This document shows positions 1 to 9,150 of a stretch of DNA of 51,082 nucleotides, piece by piece. The stretch comes from Octopus bimaculoides (lineage: Eukaryota). Numbering within the stretch: position 1 is the first letter of the stretch; every line of letters begins with the position of its first letter. Both the position numbers and the translations under genes were made by a program. The notes beneath the pieces were generated by a model. The model had not been told where the DNA came from. It made no database searches and saw only the letters and a program-made list of their open reading frames with translations. The DNA lies in contig NC_068988.1 of NCBI RefSeq assembly GCF_001194135.2, positions 45,201,612-45,252,693 of the forward strand, in the 5' to 3' direction.

Positions 1-231
1 GTTTGGAGCTGTAGCACTGTCTGCCATTTGTTCATTGAGTGCTCTATGTATTTTATGATAATTGGTGCCACCTTGTTTATGGCTAGTGTTTCCAGAATCC
101 ACGTGTGGGGAACACTGTCGAAAGCCTTTTGGTAGTCCACCCAGGCCATACTGAGGCCTTTCTTCTTTCTGCGGCTGTCTTCAGTTATGGCTTTATTGAT
201 CAATAATTGATCTTTACAGCCGTATGAGCCC
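1..231 (-). mobile_element. R4/Dong-clade non-LTR retrotransposon, RT fragment; 5'-truncated at an (AAT)n tract and running off the window
   Basis: Stop-free minus frame GSYGCKDQLLINKAITEDSRRKKKGLSMAWVDYQKAFDSVPHTWILETLAINKVAPIIIKYIEHSMNKWQTVLQLQ. The GCKDQLLI and AWxDYxKAFDSVPH motifs are typical of R4/Dong RT. Confidence 0.85.

Positions 232-310
<79 letters not shown>
232..310. repeat. (ATT)n microsatellite
   Basis: Direct read of the sequence. Confidence 0.98.
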
Positions 311-518
311 TTCATTAGAATCTTCTTTCAGTTCTGTTTCAATTTCTTGCCAAGTGTCTTCCTGACACCTAAGGCAGAGAAACGTATTGCATACATTGGT
401 AGGCCATGAAAACAAACACACCAGATTGTTCATTTACAGAATGATGTGATAGAGAAAAAAGGAAAAAATAAAGAATAGTCAAGTAAACAAATAAAATAAA
501 GGGAAAAGGAAAGAAAAT

Positions 519-1370
519 TCACAGTGACAATGCTCTTCTCAATACGTGTGACATACCAGTTAAGACAATCTTTTGCACTTCTTGCATGGATGGTAAACCA
601 GGGATCATTCTTAGATAATTTTCAGTTCCTTTTTTGATCATTCCAAGTGCTCCTACAATCACTGGTATTGATTGTAACCATCTTGAGATGCCACATTTTT
701 TCAATTTCGATTTGCAAATCTTTATATTTTCTGAGCTTATCAAATTCTTTTGCCGAGATATTATGGTCACAGGTTATGCATATGTCAATCAATAAATAAA
801 CTTTATTGTTTTAGTCTTTCACCACAATATCTGGTTTATTAGCTTTGATGGTCTAGTCTGCATGTACTGGAAAGACCCAAAGAAGCGTTACCCTGTTCTG
901 TTGAGTTCACTTGCAAGGGGTATTAAAGCTATGCAGAAAATTAAAGGTGCAGTTAATATTTTTTGTGGTCAGTACTCCATTATTCGTATTCCACATTGAT
1001 ATGTTGTGCTTCAGGAAGCTTGAAATCACAGGAGAAATGTTGAAGATATCCTGCGATTTCAAGATCCATGAAAGCGGTATGCTTCGGAGGCCATTTTATA
1101 ATCAATTTCTGCAGAACTTTTTGTATTCGTTATGACAGTTCTCAAGGATCATGCGACTGATTAAGAGTTGATCTTTGCATCCATTTGAGCTTCGTTGGCA
1201 CCGTTTTTGTTCAGTGGGGAAAATATCGTTCTGTTCCATAAATTTGTGTTTTCTCCACGAGGATGGGTGTTAAAATTTTATACGTGGTAGACAGACATGT
1301 TATTGGCCGACAGTGGTGAAATTTGGTTTAATTATTCTTCGGGAGTAGATAAATAATACCGCTTGCTACC

Positions 1371-1372
<2 letters not shown>
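519..1372 (-). mobile_element. Degenerate, internally deleted R4/Dong LINE: RT N-terminal half joined to the REL endonuclease
   Basis: With frameshifts: GIIYLLPK..(Y)RPITCLSTTYKILT..GCKDQLLISRMILENC..IDYK..FCIALIPLASELNRTG. This joins at about 890 to VTLLW..TIKANKPDIVVKD..LLIDI..KYKDLQIEIEKMW..IPVIVGALGMIKKG..LPSMQEVQKIVLTG..LRRALSL. Confidence 0.88.
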
Positions 1373-1421
<49 letters not shown>

Positions 1422-1476
1422 CAATATTTTCATTATTTACATTTGACGGATATTTGTCCTCATCTTGTCTGTTGTT

Positions 1477-1522
1477 AACACAACGTTTCAGCTGATATAC
1501 CCTCCAGCTTTCATCAGGTGTC
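1477..1522 (-). ncRNA. Minimal type I hammerhead ribozyme candidate
   Basis: 5'-GACAC CUGAUGA A AGCUGG AGGGUAUA UCAGCU GAAAC GUU^GUGUU-3'. Helix I is GACAC/GUGUU, helix II is AGCUGG/UCAGCU, helix III is the palindrome ACGU, and the NUH triplet is GUU. Confidence 0.75.
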
Positions 1523-1576
1523 TGGGGAAATTTCGAACCTTGGTTCTCATTCCTAAGGTATTTTTCGATGTTGTCC

Positions 1577-1605
<29 letters not shown>

Positions 1606-1607
<2 letters not shown>

Positions 1608-1642
1608 GGTCACTGCGCTGTTAACCACTACGCCATATGCCC
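1606..1642 (-). promoter_or_regulatory. tRNA-like 5' half with a Pol III A box, inside the PLE terminal region
   Basis: GGGCATA-TGGCGTAGTGG-TTAACAGCGC. The A box (1625-1635) matches TRGCNNAGTGG. No adjacent B box in this copy. Confidence 0.5.
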
Positions 1643-2158
1643 ATGGGCAATTATGGAGTGAATTTTAGGGCTTATAAATCTAATATTTTCTTATCCTTCC
1701 TTAACATCTGCACTCGGTCTGCTTAGGAGGTTGTTATGTCCTAGCATATGTGCTGCTTCTTTTAGTTTTCGTATTTTCCATTGGTGTTCTCTGTCTATTA
1801 TTATTTTTGATCCTAAAGCCAAGTTCTCAAAGTATTCCATCTATATATTGGCTACTATCAGGGATAATGGCGAACCCATAGCTGAGCCCTCTTTTTCTTG
1901 ATGTATATCAGTGTCCATACTGAAGTAGGTAGTTTCTACACAGAAGGTCAACATTTCCATGAAGTTTCTTATTGGTATACTAGTGCGTTCTTTTAGTTCA
2001 CTAGTGTTTCATGGTAGTGTTTCATGGATTACCGATAGTGCTTCACCAGTTGGGACTTTGGTGAATAGACTTATCACATCTAGACTAACCATATGGTTGG
2101 ATTGAATAGGGTTGTCCTTGATCAGTTCTGTAAAGTGGGTAGAACTGTATTATTATTA

Positions 2159-2218
<60 letters not shown>

Positions 2219-2778
2219 NNNNNNNNNNNNNNNNNNNNNNNNNNNNNNNNNNNNNNNNNNNNNNNNNNNNNNNNNNNNNNNNNNNNNNNNNNNNNNNNNN
2301 NNNNNNNNNNNNNNNNNNNNNNNNNNNNNNNNNNNNNNNNNNNNNNNNNNNNNNNNNNNNNNNNNNNNNNNNNNNNNNNNNNNNNNNNNNNNNNNNNNNN
2401 NNNNNNNNNNNNNNNNNNNNNNNNNNNNNNNNNNNNNNNNNNNNNNNNNNNNNNNNNNNNNNNNNNNNNNNNNNNNNNNNNNNNNNNNNNNNNNNNNNNN
2501 NNNNNNNNNNNNNNNNNNNNNNNNNNNNNNNNNNNNNNNNNNNNNNNNNNNNNNNNNNNNNNNNNNNNNNNNNNNNNNNNNNNNNNNNNNNNNNNNNNNN
2601 NNNNNNNNNNNNNNNNNNNNNNNNNNNNNNNNNNNNNNNNNNNNNNNNNNNNNNNNNNNNNNNNNNNNNNNNNNNNNNNNNNNNNNNNNNNNNNNNNNNN
2701 NNNNNNNNNNNNNNNNNNNNNNNNNNNNNNNNNNNNNNNNNNNNNNNNNNNNNNNNNNNNNNNNNNNNNNNNNNNNNN
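2219..2778. other. Assembly gap (N run)
   Basis: N run following (ATT)n. Other gaps: 26401-26410, 28951-29150, 31603-32313, 36226-36276, 38319-38607, 42263-42279, 43715-43724, 50598-50607. Confidence 1.
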
Positions 2779-3125
2779 TTCACTAACTTTTTCAAGACCC
2801 ACATGTATTTACGTATGTAATTATTTAATTTTATTTGTAGATCTGTTGACAATGAGAAAGAACTGGTTTCTAACCGAAATCTAAGGCTTCTTTACTGGAC
2901 TTTCAATATCAACAGGTTAATCGTGCATGTATGTGTGTATATGTGGGTGTATGTGCAAGTATTTGGAGTCAGTGCATGTGAAGATCTGAATGTTTTGTTT
3001 TATGTATGTATCTCATACATTTAGCTGCGAATTTAGACATATGCATATGTACCCATACGCTAGACTATTAGAAAATTCTACATTTTGACAGTTCCATTGA
3101 TGTAACTATATGTGTATGTATGTGC

Positions 3126-3156
<31 letters not shown>

Positions 3157-3904
3157 CATGTAAGCTGTTATATGTGTATGTGTATTTGTGTCAATGCATT
3201 TCTTTATTCAGAAAAAGGAAAAAAACTGAGCCCTTTGTTAAATAGATTTCGATAAAATAAATAGAAGACCTAAAATAATTAACAGAGTCAATACAAAGAA
3301 AAATCCCAGAAGGTAATTCTTCAGAATGAAACCAATAAAAGAATGTATGTGTGCGTGCGTGCATGTGTGTGAGTGCAGGTGTGCGCGCACACACTAGATG
3401 ATAAACAAAGTGAATTCTTGGAGTTATTAATGGAAAATTTAAAATTTACATCTTAAATCTTTTACAGGCATTTGTAAACAATAGCCTCGTTCAATGTGTG
3501 AACAGAAAGACGGCTCTAACATACTAATTAGTGGTTCACCGTAACCAAAATGTGACTTAATTATTAATGAGATTTCTTACGGGAGCTTAAACATGCAGCT
3601 TGCTTAATTTTTACAAATAACCTCGCTTTAAAGTCTTAAAGATCGTACTTTTAAGACCATTTTTCTTTTTTTTATATAACCAGATTAAGAAAAAAGAGTG
3701 CTTAAGATGTTCGTTTCCTACACTAGTGGTTTCAAGATCAATCCTACTGTGCAATATCTTGGTTAATATTTGCTGTTTTAGCAAATTTAGTACTTGGAAA
3801 TTGTGCAGAAGCCTAACTTTCCTTTTACATACACACACTTTCCGTCTGTCTGTTTGTCTGTCTATGGATATACATGTGTACATATATACATGTACATATG
3901 TATT

Positions 3905-3911
3905 TGTATGT

Positions 3912-3990
<79 letters not shown>
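3905..3990. repeat. Compound (TG)n(AG)n microsatellite
   Basis: Direct read of the sequence. Confidence 0.95.
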
Positions 3991-3994
<4 letters not shown>

Positions 3995-4146
3995 TATGTG
4001 TAGAGTTCTGCGCAAGTCGATATTTTATTTTTCGTATAATAGAATTAATTCTCTAAAACAGTGAAACTTTAGCAAAATTAACCATTTTATAAAATCGGCA
4101 ACCATTTTAAGTACTACGGTCGATATAACTAACTATAATATTTAAA

Positions 4147-4200
4147 GGCGTTGCTCCTGCACGGGTGCAGTCCAATGACCGGAGCAAGGGAAAGAATAAT
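4147..4200 (+). mobile_element. Isolated SINE 3' tail of CR1 type
   Basis: ggcgttgctcctgcacgggtgcagtccaatgaccggagcaag resembles the tails at 20750-20788 and 33806-33843. Confidence 0.55.
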
Positions 4201-4224
4201 AGATACCATTTTTGAGTAACCAGA

Positions 4225-4550
4225 CCTATGCTGAGACCCCCTTCGGTTATGACTGACCATGGGTTTGCACCTAGAAAGTTGCCTTCGCTGGCACAAGTCC
4301 GGGTAATGTTGTTTATGGAAGACCAGTAGTCGCGCATGCATACCGGCCTCCCCTCTCCACGTCACAAGGCAAAGGTCGATACAGCTTGGCACCTGTGACA
4401 TCGCAACTCATTTCTACAGCTGAGTGAACTGGAGCAACGTGAAATAAAGTGTCTTGCTCAAGAACACAACACAGTCCGGGTCCGGGATTCGAACTCCCAA
4501 CCTCACGATCGTAAGCTCGACGCTCTGACCACTGAGTCATGCGCCTTCAC
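4225..4550 (-). mobile_element. tRNA-derived SINE with a CORE/MIR-like central block
   Basis: A box TGACTCAGTGG and B box GTTCGAATCC, then tgttcttgagcaagacactttatttcac. A homologous copy lies at about 25142-25480 on the plus strand. Confidence 0.85.
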
Positions 4551-4677
4551 TACACTTATAATGAGTTAAATATTGGATTGTTTCTGCTACATGATTTATT
4601 GATTTTCCAATTCTAGAAAGCTACAACAAAACCTACAGTAATTAAAAAAAAATAATAATTAAAAGAAGTTATAACTG

Positions 4678-4734
4678 AAAGATGACTGATCAGTTTCGGT
4701 TCGGACAAATCAAAATCCTACCCATTAGTTCTTT
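4678..4734 (-). ncRNA. Decayed hammerhead-like motif
   Basis: AAAGA A CUAAUG GGU A GGA UUUUGAUUUG UCC GA ACC GAAAC UGAUCA GUC^A UCUUU. Helices I-III and GAAAC...GUC are present, but the core CUGAUGA has become CUAAUG. Confidence 0.45.
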
Positions 4735-5514
4735 TCCGAGCTGGATATGAGTGCAACTAAATTCACTAGTAAGCACGTTTTGAGACATTTGATGCTGCTA
4801 ATTTCAAGATCTTCAAAGTATAAGTTCGGTGTGATTTCTTAGTTTTATTTTATTAATAATTAAGTTGCTTATATTGTGAATCTATCTGCTTAGTGTCATC
4901 CTTACCTCTTATGAAAGTAACGACGTCACAAGGGCATAATTTTGTTAATTAATTCTTTGTTTGATTTTCGAAGGATAGTGAGTTTTAGTTCCTCATCCTC
5001 CTGTCTTCGTTATTTTTCTGAGAGAGTGGTGTCATTGTTATTTTGAAGAAATTTTGCCACATCATACGTTTTTGTTATTTTGTGTTGTCTATTCTTTTGA
5101 GATTTTTTTCCTTTCTTCCCCGTTAGTGTTTTTCCCAACAATTTTATATGTGTGTGTGTTTGGTAACTATTTGTATGTGAAAAATGAAAAAAATGAGTTC
5201 ATAAATTTATATTAAAAATTTTTTAAACAAACCTTTTTGTTTGTTGTTGGGTATTGAGGGTCTGTTTTATTGGATATTCCAAAGAAACTTTCATCTGGTA
5301 TTGCTTAAAAAATCGTGTTTCGAAAAGAGAAAATAAAAAAAAAACGTTTCAAACTCGAATCAAATACAGTAGTAGTGGTATTATTATTATTATTATTAGT
5401 AGTAGTTCTTTCTATTACTACTCAACATTTTGTTGAGCATGCTAATGATTCTGTCAACTCCCCAAATTCATATAATAATGATGATAATAATAATAATAAT
5501 GATAATAATAATAA

Positions 5515-5665
5515 TCATCATCATCATCATCATCGTTTAACGTCCGCTTTCCATGCTAGCATGGGTTGGACGATTTGACTGAGGACTGGTGAAACCGGAT
5601 GGCAACACCAGGCTCCAGTCTGATTTAGCAGAGTTTCTACAGCTGGATGCCCTTCCTAACGCCAA
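5515..5665 (-). mobile_element. RTE-tailed SINE-like 3' fragment
   Basis: Minus strand ttggcgttaggaagggcatccagctgtagaaa...aacccatgctagcatggaaagcggacgttaaacga(tga)n. Same module as 27490-27647. Confidence 0.8.
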
Positions 5666-5721
5666 TAATAATAATAATAATGATAATAATAATAATAATA
5701 ATAATTATAATGATAATAATA

Positions 5722-5915
5722 AGTACATGGAACAAACAGGAGCTGCAATAAAGGTGGAGTGCTTGCAGAAAATAGTACTGCTAGGAACCGTTTGAATATT
5801 CCAGATGGTGCTCGAAAAATAAGGGATGTTACTTTAGATCACTGGTAGTGAATAGCTGACACCCTAGTACATCTCCAGCGTTAGAAGCTGGGCAAAGGCA
5901 ATAAAATAATAATAA
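5722..5915 (+). mobile_element. R4/Dong LINE 3' end embedded in (AAT)n
   Basis: KYMEQTGAAIKVECLQKIVLLGTV*IFQMVLEK* matches the REL-LINE C-terminal LQKxxLLGTxxIxRxVL motif, followed by a short 3' UTR and TAA repeats. Confidence 0.7.
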
Positions 5916-5929
5916 CGATAATTATTATT

Positions 5930-6465
5930 ATCATTTATTGGCCACAAGGGCCACAGACAGACCAAAACAGATGATACAAAACAAGGTATAGTGGGGCTTG
6001 CATAAAACATATAAAGAATAAAGACAATGAAAATTAACACTGAAATTACAAACAATGAAAATCTCCAATTGGAATGAGTGTCATCTAAGGGTGACCCAAC
6101 AGATTCTTAGTCACCCTGCTCATCAAATGCACCATAGTATGCTCATCAGATGCACCATAGTAAGTGCTCTTTCTCCTCCATAAATTCCAGTCTAAATGCA
6201 CATGCTTAGAGTAGGCCCATTTACTTGAGCCATTCTTGCTACATTCCCTCACCTTTCAACAAATTCAGTAGGAGACAACACACCTCTTTCTCCATCTTCA
6301 CTCTTCTTTCCAAATGGAAGCTGAAAATGTTGATGTGGGCTTGGTTGAAGAGAGAAGTGTCTGTATTCAGCACTTTTAGTCACATTCACCACACAACTTT
6401 TTTTTCCATAACCATCAGATAGAAAAACTGACTGGCATTGGAAGGTGATAGGATGAACTTCACAA
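5930..6465 (-). mobile_element. Tx1/L1-type LINE 3' end: ORF2 C-terminus, 3' UTR and AATAAA
   Basis: Degenerate frame KVVW*M*LKVLNT..INIFSFHLERRVKMEKEV/LSPTEFVER*GNVARMAQVNGPTL. UTR hairpin agggtgac..gtcaccct. Ends cccttgtggccaataaa. Confidence 0.5.
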
Positions 6466-6489
6466 TCATAATAATAATAATCATAATAA

Positions 6490-6900
6490 TAATCCTTTCG
6501 GGGGAGGGAGCCAGTTGATTAGCTTGTCCCCAGTATGTAACTAGTACTTAATTTATCATCCTCGAAAGGATGAAAGACAAAATTTGAAAACTCAGAACAT
6601 AAAGACAGACGGAATACCACTAAGCATTTCACCCAGCATGTTAACGTTTCTGCCTGCTCGCTGCCTTAATAATCATGATAATAATCCTTTCTGCTAGAGA
6701 CACAAGGCCTCAAATTCGTAGGGTGGGGACTAGTCGATTATATCGATCCCAGTGTTTCACTGGTACTTAATTTATCGACCCTGAAAGGATGAAAGGCAAA
6801 GTCAACCTTGGTGGAACTTGAACTCAAATCATAAAGACACGAAATACCGCTAAGCATTTTGCATGGCATGCTAACATTTCTACCTGCTCACTGCCTTAAT
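6490..6900 (-). mobile_element. Two tandem copies of the dominant tRNA-derived SINE (family A)
   Basis: Shared plus-strand text ggatgaaaggcaaagtc..gaatttgaactcagaa..ctaagcattt..gctcactgcctt. The minus-strand head carries a B box of the GAGTTCAAATT type. Confidence 0.85.
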
Positions 6901-7929
6901 AATAATAAAAATAATGGTAATAATAAACATGGGCTTTACAGTCTGAAATCCATCAACTTATCAGTTTTATACTTTGAAAGAAGGGATGCTGAATATTGCT
7001 TGTAAAGGTAAGTTGGATGATGCAAGAAATTCAGGCAAATGAAAAATTGCTTAATGTGAATTGTATTTAGACAGTATTATCTGAAAGTTTCCACTTTATA
7101 ATAAGATTTAAAGGCAAATTGGTTGTTATTTCTACGAGGTCGGTCTACCACATAGGGGTTGGGAGGTAATGAAAATTGGTATGGTTCACGTTGATGGTGA
7201 TGGTGAATTTGAATTGCTTGCTAAATGAAATTCTGACCAGTAACAATTTTAGAATTAAGAGAAAATCTGTATGATAGTGTAACAAATTTCTAAGAGATTT
7301 TGAGTACACTATGTCTCATGCAGTCACAAAATGTTGGTAGTTCAATAAGCAGAAATATTCATTTGAGCAATACTATTTCTTCATCATAAATAAATAAGGC
7401 AGTATATTTTTTCAAGGAAGGGTACAACATTTTGTGAAGATACAAATTCTTGAAAATATTTTCCATTTAGTGTGTTTTGATAACACTCTAAATATAAACT
7501 AACGAAAAGAAAATTACTGAATTACCATTGTCAGTTTCATAAGTTTAGTTTAATAAAAGATGGTGGTACAAGTATGATGTGAAACATTTTGCAGTTCTCT
7601 ACAAAGGAACAACGTGAACATTTTCCAATAACCAATAATTCCTTAGAAATAATATCATAATCAAGCGAGAGCAATAAAAAAGCAATCTAGAGATCTCAAT
7701 CGAAAACGAGGGAAAATTGTATGCAGTTATTAAAAGATACTAGCGTCCAAAACTGTAAATAGTAAAATTGTATACCAGAATTACGTTGTTTAGAAATAGT
7801 TAAGTTTTGACGAGTTAGAAAACTTAGCTAAACTGAACATTATGGCAGTAGTTATATAATCAAATACATAAACACATATCCCAGTTCCAGACGCAAATAT
7901 TTATCTTCTTATACATAATTACATAGAAT

Positions 7930-8392
7930 AAAATAACAGCCAAATATTCTTCAAATCTCACCCTGTCATCACCAAAAAAGTAAAAGAAAAAAATGAGGTA
8001 CATATTGGATAATATAATCCAAGGGACACTGTTTGATATTAAAATGAAGTAATCGTAGCTAAAAAGGTTTTGATCATAGGTCTGCTTGATCAGGGTTGAC
8101 CTGTGGCAGAGCATAATCATCATCATCATTATAAACAACAACAACTACAGAAAATCCATTACGAGTCAATAAGGGATCCTCAATGTAATCATTTTTTCCT
8201 GCTAGTAAAGCAGTCAAATTTTCAAATCCTCCCTTGCCATCTTGAAAATAATATGAAGAATATATTGGAAAATATAGTCCAAGGTACATGATGTCTGAAA
8301 CCAAAAGATGGGATGGTGACAGTGGGAACATCTTCGATCAAATCTTTGCTGAGTCAAATATGACTTGAGGCTGAACAACATTTTCTGTTTAC
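7930..8392 (+). repeat. Two tandem copies of an unclassified interspersed repeat (family B)
   Basis: Shared text cagccaaat..tcaaatc..ccct..ttggataat..gatgggatggt..tttgatca. Related copies at about 8440-8610 (inverted), 9180-9350, 20590-20740 (inverted), 29490-29700 and 37310-37490. Confidence 0.6.
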
Positions 8393-8954
8393 ATGAAAGG
8401 TGCATTGTAGTTGTTACTATTATTTTTTAGTCCTAGATTAGCCCCCGTTGAAAAGGCCTATGACTAAAGGCATCCTGGCCATGACCATTCCATGATCTTT
8501 TCATATACATGAAGGGAGATCAAGTCCTTTTGCAAGGCAGTGAAATTTGATTCAAAAGAGATTTAACTGCTATTTCTAGAAAATTGAGGCTCCCTTGTAG
8601 GCCTGTCTTATTACAGTTGTTTAGCACTAGTTAGTTCTAAGCAACCCTGAAATAAAACATTGTTGAAGCTGTAGCCATGCTATCCTTTTATTTTTCTCAG
8701 GTAATGTGACCAGGAGCACACTATTGAATTTGACCTTCCTTCTTTTAAAAAGGTAGATTGTGATTTATGCAGGGTTTGGCAGATATGTCTTACAGAGAGA
8801 TTTCTAAGAGGTCAAATAGCCAAAACATAGTTAATGGTCCTGATATCTACCTTTCCAATATTACAAGCTACATATTTGATGAGGACTGCTCAGAGTCTAC
8901 ACAACAACAATGTGAGAACAAGACACACTTGCAATATTGGTGACAAATTTTAGC

Positions 8955-9150
8955 ACAAGGCCAGTAATTTCAGGGGAGGGGCTGATCAATTGCATTGACC
9001 CCAGTTTTCAACTGGTACTTATTTTATCAACCCCTAAAGGATGAAAGGCAAAGTCAACCTCGGCGGAATTTGAATTCAGAACATACAGGTAGATGAAAGG
9101 CTGATAAGTATTTTGCCTGGTTTGTTATCAGTTCTACCAGCATGCTGCCT
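8955..9150 (-). mobile_element. SINE family A
   Basis: Same core as 6490-6900. Further degenerate copies at about 9480-9640 and 9690-9870. Confidence 0.8.

Larger units (their letters stand above)
1420..2150 (-). mobile_element. Internally deleted Penelope-like element: RT fragment, GIY-YIG endonuclease C-terminus, and a terminal-repeat region with a hammerhead
   Basis: Minus frame HMVSLDVISLFTKVPTGEAL..LKERTSIPI..MLTFCVETTYF..GSAMGSPLSLIVANI*MEYFENLALGS is PLE RT. It runs in frame into IIDREHQWKIRKLKEAAHMLGHNNLLSRPS, a PLE endonuclease end with stop at 1691-1693. Confidence 0.85.

Noticed and set aside
2085-2884. ORFs spanning N runs (also at 28768-29267, 31363-32410, 38217-38750)
   Set aside because: Artefacts of translating gaps as X.
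6075-6160. CTGATGA and TTGATGA in a tandem duplication next to a hairpin on the minus strand
   Set aside because: No GAAA or helix III. It is better explained as LINE 3' UTR with a local duplication.
8163-8240. Apparent minus-strand exon GKGGFENLTALLAGKNDYIEDPLLT with AG/GT ends
   Set aside because: It lies wholly within a family B repeat copy (compare 7930-8112 and 37310-37490), so the frame is most likely antisense repeat sequence.
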